A stretch of 37,922 nucleotides of DNA from the NCBI RefSeq assembly GCF_006345805.1, contig NW_021829919.1, positions 1-37,922 of the forward strand, in the 5' to 3' direction. Source of the stretch: Octopus sinensis (taxonomy: Eukaryota). The translations under genes and the position numbers were made by a program. Under the pieces are notes generated by a model that was given only the letters and a program-made list of their open reading frames with translations, made no database searches and had not been told where the DNA came from. Below, piece by piece: positions 23,533 to 36,304 of this stretch. The stretch's first letter is position 1. Each line of letters starts with the position of its first letter.

Positions 23533-24206
23533 TGTACTCCGCGTTTTGTGTTGTCTGTCCTTGTTTGTCCCCCTTCTATTTTGGGCCCTTGTGGCTAATA
23601 AAGAAAAAGAAGAAAAAAAAAGATATTCTGGAAACTCTGCCTTGACCAGCTTTTTTGCACACTGTGTCGCGCTGATTCAGTCTGAAAACTAAACTACGAG
23701 TACAAAGTATCTGTGGAATCCTCAGCCAGCTTACATTATTAACACAGGATGCATCCTCTCTGTGATTCAAAATTACAGCCTTGTCACTCTCAACGACAGG
23801 CTGATTCGGTTTGAGTATTATGGCATATCTACACAAGTGTGCCGAATTTTGTCTTTTTTCCCCTAACTTTCACCACAATAGATATTTTATAATGAAATTT
23901 TCTGCAAATACCTTTCAGATGGCGTAGATTCCGACTGTATCGGAATTTAATAAAAGAAAGAAACTGTTGGGGACCCGTACACACATTTACTGACACCACA
24001 TCATATATCTACGAAGTGAAACTTAAAATTTTGAAAAAAAAAATTATGCGATAAGTGTCAGAGTGAATGTGTGCGTACCCAACGATTTTTCTTTTTCCAC
24101 ATTAAATCCCGATATATTCGCAATCTCTACCATCTGAAAGATATTTGTAGAAAATTTCGTTAAAAAATATATACTTTTTCATTTATGAAGAAACAGAATT
24201 ACATTA

Positions 24207-24500
24207 CCGTATATACTCGCAAATAGTTTGCCCCCACCGTTTTTTTTTTTTACCAAAAATTTCGATAAAAATCAGGGATCTGAAGTAGACGGTGGCATAT
24301 CAATAGTCGAGTTGATTTATCAATCAGACTACCTTCATAAAATCACGTCTGCAAAAATGCTTTAAAATTTGTAAGCAATGTTTGGAAATAAAGGTGAATA
24401 TTTGATAATATCTAACAAATATTAGTTACATTTACGTTATAAAAGGGTCCATTGTAACTCCCCAGATTATAGTGCGACCTATCTGCGAGTCAACCGCAAA
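24207..24500. mobile_element. Possible decayed Tc2-like element end
   Basis: ta-ccgtatatactcgc start resembles the TIR at 11918; no clear matching right end. Confidence 0.35.
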
Positions 24501-24585
24501 TACCTACTTTGATAACCCCCAAAGAGGGCGGCCTGTCCGCGAGCGAGAAATACCCGGCCAGTTTATCTCTCATCTCTCATCTCTC

Positions 24586-24978
24586 ACTATATATAAAGGT
24601 GAAGTTGTCTGTGTATGGCAGGTTTGGTAGCCTTCAACTAACACTATCTCCTCCGAGACCTGCGGCGCAAGTTGACCAAAATTGAGGGTATGATAGAAGA
24701 AGGCTTGCTCTTCCTTCCGTAGAAGGAAAAAATTCAAATCGGACCATGTTAACACCAAACATTATTTACATCAAAAAGGTGCTTTTTTTTTTCTATTAAA
24801 ATCCTTATTTTTTACGATTTTTTTTCACTGCTGTGTCACCATTTTTCGGTGTATTTCAACCAGAAAAATGTTCACTTAAAGAGAATAACAAGCTACATAA
24901 TGCAAAATTTTTACGTTTCAAAAATTCCAATTCTAAAGGGTCGAAACAAACCCGAGTAACGCCGGACGATACTGCTAG
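24586..24978 (+). mobile_element. Non-autonomous Helitron
   Basis: Starts ctatatataaa...gttgtctgtgt and ends aaacccgagtaacgccggacgatactgCTAG|T; 3' end shared with 23142-23532. Confidence 0.82.
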
Positions 24979-25108
24979 TACTATATATAAGATTCACCAG
25001 GTCTGAAGTTCAAAAGGGACAGTCTTGTTCACACACCATGTTACGCTGATTGTTCAGACAGCTAATATTAAGGGGACTTATGGGGACTTATATATACGCG
25101 GAATACAC

Positions 25109-25332
25109 GAGCTGGCAGAAACGTTAGCATGCCGGGCGAAATGCTTAGCGGCATTTCGTCTGCGTTACGTTGTGAGTTCAAATTCCGCTGAGGTCGACTT
25201 TGCCTTTCATCCTTTCGGGGTGGATAAATTAAGTACCAGTTACGCACTGGGGTCGATGTAATCGACTTAATACCTATGTCTGTCCTTGTTTGTCCCCTCT
25301 GTGTTTAGCCCCTTGTGGGTAATAAAGAAATA
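25109..25332 (+). mobile_element. SINE, family B
   Basis: 9-bp TSD ggaatacac at 25100-25108 and 25333-25341. Confidence 0.92.
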
Positions 25333-25808
25333 GGAATACACAGCCGTACATGAACAGCTCGTCACAGAAACCGACGCAAGATCCATTTACGTATCTACTT
25401 TATTATTTTTCTTGTATTTATCATACGTATGGAGTTACTTTGATAGTAAGTCTTTCAGACCAGGAGCCGTCCTGGGGCTAAAACAGCTTATAACTAACGA
25501 CATTTTACAACACCAGCATGAAACCCGCTAACACTAACCACTCTTCCACCAAACACCGCGACACCCACCGACACCATTACCAATAATAATAATACTAACA
25601 TAAATAACCTAAACCTAAACCAAAATTTCCAATTTTCAGACTGATATCAAGATACCAAGAAATGATGTAGTGTGTGTTGTCTATAGTAGAACAGTCGTTT
25701 TGTGGAGCTAGGGTGAAAAATCGATAAGACTAGTCTGTGTACAAACACACGTCGTCGTCGTCGTCGTGGTCGTAGTCGTCGTCACCGCCGCCTTCACCTC
25801 CGCCGCCG

Positions 25809-25877
25809 ATGCCAGCATCGACAGTTAGCGGTGGTGGTGGTGGTGGTAGTGTGGAGGGAAGGAAGGAGACCATATCG
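25809..25877 (+). CDS. Candidate first coding exon of an unidentified host gene (MPASTVSGGGGGGSVEGRKETIS)
   Basis: gccgccgATG context, phase-0 donor CG|GTGAGC at 25878, upstream acceptor ttccaattttcag at 25639, locally CpG-rich unique sequence; protein not recognised. Confidence 0.45.
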
Positions 25878-26114
25878 GTGAGCTGCTTTGGCGCTTCCAC
25901 GTATCAGTCTTTTTTCTCCAGTCCCAGCTTCCACCGCACCACCACCACCCCTCCTCACCCCACCGACCAATACCTTCCACAACCCTTCTACCAACACACA
26001 CACATCACCGAAACTTCCATTCTGCTGCTGCTGCTGCTGCCACAACCAACACCACCACCTCTCTTTCTCCGAACTGTCTCTCTTGCTCATCCTTCCGTTT
26101 GACTATCTGGTTCG

Positions 26115-26186
26115 CTATATATATATATATAATGTGTGTGTGTGTGTGTTGGTGTGTATATATATATATATATGTATATATATGTA

Positions 26187-26217
<31 letters not shown>

Positions 26218-26238
26218 TATATCTATGATATTATAAAT

Positions 26239-26279
<41 letters not shown>

Positions 26280-26500
26280 TATATAAATTTATATGTATAT
26301 ATATATTATAATATATATATATATATAGATATATAAATTTATGTATATAATATAATTATAATATATATATATATATATATATTATATAAGATATATTTAT
26401 ATATATACACGTAATATACAGTGTATACACATTTATACACATGCATATGTATATAGATAGATAGAAAACACACAGATACAGGTTATAATACACATATGTG

Positions 26501-26548
<48 letters not shown>

Positions 26549-26564
26549 TATATATATATATATT

Positions 26565-26607
<43 letters not shown>

Positions 26608-26911
26608 TTATATATATATACATGCACACACATTTATATAACATACACATGAGTACGTATAAATATATATATAGATATATATATATGTGTGTGTGTATCA
26701 ATGTATATGCGTCTATATTTGTGTGTATATACATATATAGATACACACACACAGATACATGTAACATACATACGTACGTATACACACACAAATTCTCCCT
26801 GGCACTGTGGAATAGATAAGACACTTGTATTAACGACAATGACAACGACCACCACGCCAGTCATCTGATAGCATTTGCACCGCCAACACTGCCCCCACCA
26901 TCACCACTACC

Positions 26912-26943
<32 letters not shown>

Positions 26944-27476
26944 CAACAACAACTCACCGCTGAGGACTGACAATGGTGGAGGTAGTGGAGGTGGAGACGG
27001 CTGTGACGCTGAAGAGACATCGAATAGCGTTGCGGTGTGATAACTGCCAGTATGGGAATATGATATATTTTAATGTGTCTGTATGCCTACGTATATATTA
27101 TATATATATATATATATATAGTATATATAATATAATATATATATAATATATATATATATAAATATAAATATATTATATATGTGTGTATTATGTATATATA
27201 TATATTATAATATGTATGTATATGTATATATATATATTATAATATATATGTATAATGTATATACGTATATATAAATGTTTATGTATGTATTTGTGCATAT
27301 ATACGTACATAAACTGGTATATTCATATATATGTACACAGTACCATCTTCCACCCAATGTGTGAGTATACATACATACATGCATACAGACAGACAGACTA
27401 ACAGACACACCACAAACACACACACACACGTTTATATCAGGCAAAGAAAGTTAGACATACAAAGATAGGCTAAATG

Positions 27477-27533
<57 letters not shown>

Positions 27534-27545
27534 ATTATATATATA
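26115..27545. repeat. (TA)n-dominated microsatellite field with (CAC)n/(CAA)n island
   Basis: Visible in sequence. Confidence 0.93.
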
Positions 27546-28254
27546 TCGAAGAGAGGGGAATGGAGGGATAGATAGACAGATAGATAGATCAATAGACAGA
27601 TAGATGCAGTAGAGTCCCGCATGTATAAATAATATGGTGAGTTGAAAAACTGCCATCAACTGAGATTATTGAAACAAATTGTTGACAAAAACTCGCTCTA
27701 GAGAGATTTAAAATGTAAAAAAAAAAAAGAAAAAAACCCCGACATGCAAGGGTGACAGCTTCAGTGAGATCAGTTGATCATTTTTGTACAAAAGACAATG
27801 TATATTGGAGTGGATGGGATTCCACACAGTTTCTGTCAATCAAATTCACTCATACGTCATTGGTTGGTCCGGGGCTACGGTGGAAGATGTTTGCCCAAGG
27901 TACCGCACAATGGGACAGAATGTGGTTGCAAAGTGAAGTTCTTAATAAAACGGTTGAGACTGTGCCCACATGTAGTATAGTGTAACGTAACATAGAGTAC
28001 AAATACCTTGATAGAGTACAAAATCTTTCGATGTAAGATAGTGTACAAATACTTTGATAGTAGCATGAAACTATGATTCAGTAGATATCATTGTTTCTGG
28101 TACAAAACACACACACATACATGCACAGAAATGTTCAAAACATGCCTATGTTTAAAATGTGTGGAGTACCATGATGAGATGCTGGTATCCATCCACTTTT
28201 TTGAGAAAATTAAGTTCTCTCTGGAGACAAAACGGCAACTACTCTAATTGGAAA

Positions 28255-28832
28255 AAGAGGGACATTACATGGTATAACCCACCATTGAACGTCATCACAA
28301 AATCTCGTACCACAGAGATATCTGCACCACTTCTCATACACCAGTTAATACTTTCTGAGTGTCCAAAGATTCCCCCAGCTACTCAACAAAAACAATGTGA
28401 AGAAGTGATCATTAGCTCTTTAAGGAATATGTCAGATGTCATTATCAACAATGTATTTAACCTACAGCTTCACAACAAGGGCTGTCATGCAGTTGCCACG
28501 ATAAAGAGATCTACTGCCTGAAAAATAAATGCCTAGCAAGAAACAAACATTGTATACCATAGCAAATGTTAAATAACTACCCAGATTGCTAGACAAAGCT
28601 GACAAAGAGACACACTTTAAAAATAGTCTGCATCAATGCAACAGCAACATTCACCATTCTCAAAAAAAAAAAAAACACTACATAATTGTCAAAATACATT
28701 TGGAAATCAAAGGATGGAGAAAGGAATGCAAACGTCATGTGGGCAATGTTAGACATGACACCAGCGTTTAGAAAGAAATCTAAGTCTTGCAACATCTGAC
28801 TAACTGAGAAGCTCTACATCATTATCCACCCA
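28255..28832 (+). pseudogene. Decayed Penelope-like linker + GIY-YIG endonuclease fragment
   Basis: Frameshifted translation gives KRDITWYNPP, KCLARN, FKN, LSKYIWKSKD and WAML...KSCNI*LTEKLYIIIHP, matching PLE motifs WFNPP, LSxYIWxLK and CxLCLxEK. Confidence 0.8.
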
Positions 28833-29133
28833 CTCCATTCTTAGAGACCTTCCTGTATCAGGAGGTCCACATCTCTATCATCCTCCCAGCCCTTTATTCA
28901 AAACCCGTTGTATGCTAAACATATGTCCCTTCTTTTTCAGTGTATACCATGTATTCTTTCTTCCTTTCTTTCTTTCTTTCTTTAATCATTTCATTATATG
29001 TAAACCCCAACACTTTATGTTTGTCTTTGTATTGACCCCATCAACCTTGCCCTTGTGGCAAATAAATGGAATCATTATTATTATTATTATTATTATTATA
29101 TTATTATTATTATTATTGTTTATTATTATTATT

Positions 29134-29582
29134 AGGGCGGCGAGCTGGAATAATCGAAATACCACTTAGTGGTATTTCATCTATCTTCACGTTCTGAGTT
29201 CAAATTCTGCAGAGGTCGACTTTGCCTTTCATCCTTTCGGAGTCAATAAATTAAGTACCAGTTGAGCACTGGGGGTGATTTGATCGACTGTCACCCTCCC
29301 CACAAAATCCAGGCCTTGTGCCTTTAGTTGGTGGGATTATTTTTATCATCATCATCACCGTCATTATTTAAGGCAGCAAGCTGGCAAAATAGTTAGCATG
29401 TCGGGCAAAATGCTTTGAGGTATTTTCAGGCATTTTTACGTTCTGAGTTCAAATTCTGCCGAGGTTGACTTCGCTGTTCATCCTTTCCTGGGGTCGATAA
29501 AATAAGCACCAGTTAAACTCTGGCATTGATGTAATCAATTTACCACATTCCAGAAATTGCTGGTCTTGAACCAAAATTTGAA
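29134..29582 (+). mobile_element. Two tandem family B SINEs (29134-29335 and 29370-29582) among (ATT)n/(ATC)n tracts
   Basis: Both carry gttctgagttcaaattctgc...gact...catccttt...taag(t/c)accagtt. Confidence 0.85.
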
Positions 29583-30456
29583 AGCATCATCATCATCATC
29601 AATATTATTATTATTGTTATAATTATTATTATATTATTATTATTATTATTATTATTATTGGCAGAAGACGGACAAAATACTTGGTATTATTTGATCTGGT
29701 TCTTTTTGTCAGAGGAGAAACATAAATATTAGTATGCACCGATTTTCCTTTAGTATTATAGAAAAATTAGAGTATAGCCAGATTTATTATAATTGCTATG
29801 TAAAATATATTACAAAAATTTACGTATTCTAAACAAAACCGAAACAAATTCCAAAGCTGCTTTGGTACTCTACCAGTGTAGGCCTTAAATGTGCACCTAC
29901 CGTAAAGTCATGGGGGAAAATGTGCAGTACTAACAAGGTTCTGTGACAAAATATACAACAATAAGGAGACAAAGAGGTACACAGTCTGCTACGTCAATGA
30001 ACATTGAAAAACACTCTGTATGATCAGACAGTTTTTCCGTTGTGAAAGTGCAGTATTCAGCTTAATGTCTCTAGTGAGCAAAAAAAAAACAAAAAAAAAA
30101 CAACAACGAAAACGAAAAAAAGGTGTTGCAACAATAACAATAACAATAACAACAACAAAAAAAAACACCAAACATAAAAATAACAAGAATAAAAAAAAAA
30201 TTATTGAAAACAAAATGTTACCAAACTGAATTCACTGCAAGTTAATATTAAACGAAACGCTGTTCGTATCCATACAGTATGCAAGCATTTGACAACACGT
30301 ATTCAGTTATGCATGCTTTCCAATATTGCCCATATAGGCGTGCATTATGCATGCGCTGTTGCAATTTCGTGCAAGTATGCTGTAGACATTAGTATGTTCG
30401 TGTTAAGACAAAAGACAGTCGTAGAAGAACTGCATACTTTTTTTTTTTCCTTTTAG

Positions 30457-30465
30457 TGCATGGTG
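30457..30465 (+). CDS. Candidate 9-nt frame-preserving microexon (TGCATGGTG)
   Basis: Uninterrupted polypyrimidine tract plus TAG acceptor (30437-30456) followed 9 nt later by donor G|GTAAGC. Confidence 0.55.
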
Positions 30466-30924
30466 GTAAGCACACATTTAAATACGATAGTGCAAAACTT
30501 AAGTTGCATGAACGGGTTTTGCACTTGTTTATGTAAACAAGTGCTAACTCTGTAGCTTTCTCTTAGTCAAACTATTGGTTTCTCGGTTTTTTCTGCCTAT
30601 CTGCCTACCTAACCTTCAAATCTATTTGGCTGCCTGCCTGTCTGTCCGTGTGTCTATCTATCCGTGTGTGTGTGTATGTGTGTAAGTATGTAACTATTTT
30701 AGGCATCTGCCTTTTAATTACTCCAATGATCTTACAGTGTCTCTCTCTCTCACTATTCATAAATATATATGCATGTGTGTGTATATGCATATATATGTAT
30801 ATATATATATGTATATATATATATCTATATAGATATATGTATGTATGTATATATATGTATATATATATATATATATAATTATATATATAATATATATATA
30901 TATATATTATATATATATGGATTG

Positions 30925-30970
<46 letters not shown>

Positions 30971-31019
30971 ATATACAGAGAGGAGGAGAGAGAGAGAAAT
31001 ACACTCGTGTGTATATAAA

Positions 31020-31418
31020 GGTGCAGGAATGGCTGTGTGGTAAGTAGCTTGTTTACCAACCACATGGTTCTGGGTTCAGTCCCACTGCATGGCACCTTGG
31101 GCAAGTGTCTTCTACTATAGCCTCGGGCCGACCAATGCCTTGTGAGTGGATTTGGTAGACGGAAACTGAAAGAAGCTTGTCGTATATATGTATACGTATA
31201 TATGAGTGTTTGTGTATCTGTGTTTGCTCCCCCAACATCGCTTGACAACCGATGCTGATGTGTTCATGTCCCCGAAACTTAGCGGTTCGGCAAAAGAAAC
31301 TGATAGAATAAGTACTAGGCTTACAAACAATAAGTCCTGAGATTGATGTGCTTGACTAAAGGTGGTGCTCCAGCATGGCCACAGTCAAATGACTGAAACA
31401 AGTAAAAGAGTAAAAGAG
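31020..31418 (+). mobile_element. SINE, family A (full length)
   Basis: Matches 6411-6816 end to end. Confidence 0.92.
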
Positions 31419-31502
31419 ATATATACATACACACACACATAGTGTATCTCTATTTTTCTGCTTTCTTATCAAATCAATTGATCTCTCCTTCACCTTTCCC
31501 CT

Positions 31503-31537
<35 letters not shown>

Positions 31538-31685
31538 GTTAGTTGTTTGTTCAATAGTGTGACATCACTTCAAATGTATATAATTGTACATATCAACATT
31601 CCTCTATATGCGTATTTACATTTTATGTATGTAAATAGTAGACATGAACAAATACAGCAGTTGAAATTTTTAAAAGAAATTTAGA

Positions 31686-32386
31686 AGCACATGGGTGAAT
31701 GGTTAAGAAGGTCACTTTGTAGCCCCGTGGTTTCAGGTTCAATCCCAGCACCTTGGACAAATGTCTTCTTTTATATCCCTAAACTGACCAATGTTTTGTT
31801 AGTCAATTTCGTACACCAGAACTACTAGGAAGCCCATTGCATATATATATATATTTGTGTGTAGTTATATTATATTTATATGATGTGTTATATATATAAT
31901 ATATATATATAATATGTATGTGTTATATTTATCTATATATATATATATATATATATATAATGAATTACAGATAAGGGCAGAAGAAAAATCTAATGCCAAA
32001 TATGCCGAAAAAAGACAAAATTGTCAATCACCATTATAAAATTATAATGGTGATTGACAATATTTTGTCTTTTATTCGGCATATTTGGTATTAGAATTTT
32101 TCTTTTGCCTTTATCTTGTAAATTTTCCCGAAAAAATTTTTATCCTACATTAGTTATATATATATATAAATGCATATAAGTGTATGTTAGTGTCTCTGTC
32201 CTCCTCCTATGACCTGACAACCGATGTTGTTTTGCTTACATCCCCATAACATTACAGTTTGACAAAAGGGAGCAATAGAATACAAACCAGGCTTAAAAAT
32301 AACTACTGAGGGTTGATTTGTTTAACTGAAACTCTCCAAGGCAGTGTTCCAGCAAGGCCACAGTTCAATGACTGAAACAAGTAAAA
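31686..32386 (+). mobile_element. Old family A SINE whose internal microsatellite hosts a fold-back insertion
   Basis: Head at 31686-31840 and tail at 32185-32386 (ccagcaaggccacagttcaatgactgaaacaagtaaaa). Confidence 0.75.
31965..32121. repeat. ~155-bp fold-back palindrome with almost no spacer
   Basis: ccaaatatgccgaa...ttgtcaatcaccattataa pairs with ttataatggtgattgacaa...ttcggcatatttgg; centre at ~32040. Confidence 0.88.
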
Positions 32387-32605
32387 AACAAATATCAAGA
32401 TAGATTGGTGTCGCTATAATAATAACCAGCCTGCTTTCTGAAGCCCTTTTCTGTTGTTCTGAATAAGGAGGGTCTCCTTGATGCAAAGGTTCCCTACATT
32501 ATGTTTACTGGCTCTGATGGATACCGCGAAGTTCTGGGTCAGGTACGATCAATCACAGGAGTAAAATTTAACTAGTCATGAACCAAATCCAAAATGAAAT
32601 TAACA

Positions 32606-33080
32606 ACATCATCATCATCACCATCATCATCATCATTTAACATCCATTTTGCCTGCTGGCAATGAGTGGAGGATTTGACCAGAGCTGGTAAGGCGAGGAG
32701 CTACACCAAGCTCCATTGTCCATTATTTCTTTATTGCCCACAAGGGGCTAAACATAGAGGGGACAAACAAGGACAGACAAAGGGATTAAATCAATTACAT
32801 CAACCCCAGTGCGCAATTGGTACTTAATTTATCGACCCCGAAAGGATGAAAGGCAAAGTCGACCTCGGCGGAATTTGAACTCAGAATGTAAAGACAGACG
32901 AAATACTGTTAAACATTTCACCTGGTGTGCTAACGTTTCCGCCAGCTCACCGCCTTTGTCCATTTGGCATGGTTTGTGTGTCTATTGTCCATTCTGGCAT
33001 GGTTTCTATGGCTGAATGCCCTTCCTAATGCCAATCACTACACAGAGTGTACAGGGCACTATTTATGTGACACTAGCAAC
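32606..33080 (-). mobile_element. SINE, family D with (ATG)n tail, interrupted by a family B SINE
   Basis: (CAT)n-ttaacatccatttt tail and ggcatggtttctatggctgaatgcccttcctaatgccaa block. Confidence 0.65.
32725..32955 (-). mobile_element. SINE, family B
   Basis: 9-bp TSD ttgtccatt at 32716-32724 and 32956-32964. Confidence 0.92.
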
Positions 33081-33361
33081 AGTGCTTTTCACATGGAAGT
33101 AGCAGAAATGAAATTGATGCCAGCAAGCACCTCAAACAGAACTTGTAAGAAAGCTCAAGACTCAAAAGAAAATCAAAAATTCAAAGTAAATATGTTTAAC
33201 CAGGAAACAGAGAAGCAGGATTCAATTAAAACCAGTGGTCAAGTTTCACCAGGATGTAAATGAAACTGAAGTGAAATCAGCATTTGAATGAAACACAAGA
33301 AATGCCTGCACTCATATGAGATTAACATCCAAGAGAAAGCAGAAAGTTAAAGCAAAAGGAA

Positions 33362-33417
33362 ACTAGCATCGGTTGTCAAGTGATGTTAGTGGGACAAATT
33401 CAGACACACAAACATAA

Positions 33418-33452
<35 letters not shown>

Positions 33453-33650
33453 CACACACACACACATATATATATAAATACATATATACGATGGGCTTCT
33501 TTTAGTTTCCGTCTACCAAATTCACTCACAAGGCTTTGGTCGGCCTGAGGCTATAGTATAAGACACTTGCCCAAGGTGCCATGCAGTGGGACTGAACCCG
33601 GAACCATGTGGTTCGTAAGCAAGCTACTTACTACACAGCCACTCCTAAGC
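33362..33650 (-). mobile_element. SINE, family A (3' truncated)
   Basis: Reverse complement of the family A head and middle. Confidence 0.88.
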
Positions 33651-34159
33651 CCATACACACACCACACCACGCACACACTCACACAAAAATAAAAAAAGAA
33701 AATAATCTGTAAAAAAAGAAATAAGCCAAACACAAGTCTCTTGGTAATGATTGGAGGACACAGGAACCGTCTAATTAGACAAATTATTGGAGCGTCTATT
33801 AACGAAGATAACTTCCGAGTGTACGTACGTGACCAGAGATATATTATACATGCTGATAATGATACGATGCAATGACAAATAGATATAGAGACAGATGGAC
33901 AGACGCATCACGAACACACAGATATTTACACACATATATACATACACACACACACACACACACGTTTATATATAAGTATGTATGTATGAATGTGCACACA
34001 GATACACACACACACACACTGATGAATACAAATGGCAGAAGTTGCGCTACAATCAATACATCGCCAAAACAACAGGGAAGATATGAGCGGAGTTTGTATG
34101 CAATCAATGTGGAGTGAATCTAACTACATCTCATCTAAAGAAGACAGTAAATGATTTGT

Positions 34160-34287
34160 GATATATATATATGTACATATATATATATATATAATATATG
34201 TATGTACATACATAGATGCATATATTTGTGTATGTATGTACATATATATATATATTATTATATATATATATATTTATGTATGTATGT

Positions 34288-34345
<58 letters not shown>

Positions 34346-34704
34346 TTATATATAGACACAAATTCACACCTATCTATATAGTATACTAATGTATAATTAC
34401 ATAGTATGTATAATGAATATACAGATATATAATGTGTGTGCATATATATATATATATATATACACATATATATATATATATCATATATATATATACATAT
34501 ATATGCAAACATACACATGTATAAATAAACACACACGCACATATATATATAGATACACAAATATATATATATATTTACATATATATATGCATATGTATAT
34601 ATACATATATATACATACATACACAAATATATTTACATATATATATATGTATATATATATATGCATATGTATATATATATAATTGTATGTATGTATGTAT
34701 GTAT
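34160..34704. repeat. (TA)n/(TACA)n microsatellite field
   Basis: Visible in sequence. Confidence 0.95.
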
Positions 34705-34867
34705 AGGCACAGACGTGGCTGTGTGGTAAAAGGCTTACTCTTCAACCATATGGTTCAGGGTTCACTCTCACTACATGGCACTCACGCAAGTGTCTTCTAC
34801 TTTAGCTTCAGGCTGACCAAAGCCTTGTGAGTGGATTTTGCAGATGGAAACTGAAAGAAGTTTGTCG

Positions 34868-34902
<35 letters not shown>

Positions 34903-35165
34903 TATATATGTAGCATGTTCACTATATGTATGTATGTATAGTGTGTGTTTGTTTCTGTGCTTGTCCCCTCACCACCACCACCACCACCACCAACACTTGA
35001 CAACTGATGTTGGTGTGGTTACATCCCCATAACTTAGCAGATCAGCAAAGAGACCAATAGGATCAATACTGGGTTTATAAAGAATAAATTGAGAATTCGA
35101 TTTCTTCAACTAAAAGGCGGTGCTCCAGCATGGCCAGTCAAAATGACTGAAACAAGTAAATGAGT
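34705..35165 (+). mobile_element. SINE, family A
   Basis: tggctgtgtggtaa head through tgactgaaacaagtaaa tail. Confidence 0.88.
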
Positions 35166-35750
35166 ATATACATTTATATCATTGGGACTTTGGTGTTCAG
35201 ATTAATCTGTCAAATGTAATGCTTATTTCTTCACAGTATTTTGTATTATTCAGGTTCAAGAGGGGTGTCCACAATATTTGCTTGTAACTTTGTTAATTTT
35301 TTACATACAGATTTCAAATTTCGTCAGAGGGTGCTTTATATACCAGTGGATTGTAGTTATGTCATTTTAGCTGATCCTGCTAATTAAATTTGACTTTTAT
35401 GGGCAGGTAAATTTAATTAACAGGTGTAAAAGCAATAACACTATGGACAAACACTAAAACTGAAATTCTTAATGCATCTCACCTGTTTGATTTGTAACTA
35501 AAATTATCCCAGATGTCAACCGCCAACAATTCTACCATTTTTCAAGATGAGGTACATTAATTTGAATTAATTAAAATATAGGTATAATCGGTACAAGCCT
35601 TTTTCTTTCTCTATATTTCATTCAAACCTTTTCATTGAAAATAAAGTACAAAACTCTTTTACTGTCAATATACCATTGGTCATGTACTCTTATAAAATTT
35701 AATGAATACATTTACATAACAGAATGCATCTAATGAAAAAACGTTCATTA

Positions 35751-35841
35751 ACAGGTAAGGCAAAGGTGAATACAGGTGAGGCAAAGGTGAATACAGGTGA
35801 GGCAAAGGTGAATACAGGTGAGGCAAAGGTGAATACAGGTG
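35751..35841. repeat. 21-bp minisatellite, ~4.3 copies (acaggtgaggcaaaggtgaat)
   Basis: Visible tandem repeat starting at a TTAA. Confidence 0.92.
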
Positions 35842-36304
35842 TATAACATACTGAAAATTAATATGTATTTCTCCCTTTCACATAAAATTTGTAATAAAAT
35901 GAAAGGAATATATGATAGTATTACTATCAAACAACAAAATATGGTTATGCCATATTTCTACCGTGAAACTGTCCAAAGCGTCCTTTACACAAAGGCACTT
36001 TGCAAAATGAACATATATAAATGAGGTCTTGACCTGATATCCTTTCATAGGTTTTTTTGTTTTTTTTCATCAAACAGTCTATAAGCTTTTTTTTCCTTCC
36101 ATTTATTTTTTCCACTTTATGGAAGTCAATAGTTTCTCTGTTGACACCCATCTCAGTTAATTTTGCTTTTCTCATAGTTCTGTGCTTTCTGGAAAAAAAA
36201 TAACCCTTGTGTAACTGAGATGCGATGTCAACCCGAAATTTCAAATGATCGTAATCGTTTGGAGGCAGAGGTACCTTGTGGCTTTTTACATGAACAATAT
36301 ATAT

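Noticed and set aside
23576-23836. 86-aa minus-strand ORF in unique-looking sequence
   Set aside because: Runs into a SINE tail and poly-A tract; no recognisable domain or clear splice sites
27005-27035. gacg CUGAAGA gacauc GAAU agcguu as a hammerhead
   Set aside because: Stem II is 2 bp with a 2-nt loop, GAAA and stem III are absent, and the context is low complexity
32430-32542. Open frame KPFSVVLNKEGLLDAKVPYIMFTGSDGYREVLGQ ending at CAG|GTACGA
   Set aside because: The acceptor lacks a polypyrimidine tract and no homology is recognised; cannot be supported without RNA data
2406-34682. Many ORFs rich in Y/I/H/T/C/V or LSIY
   Set aside because: They are translations of (TA)n, (CA)n and (GATA)n microsatellites, which lack stop codons in several frames
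35751-35841. Direct repeats as a CRISPR array
   Set aside because: No spacers, eukaryotic context, no cas genes; it is a minisatellite
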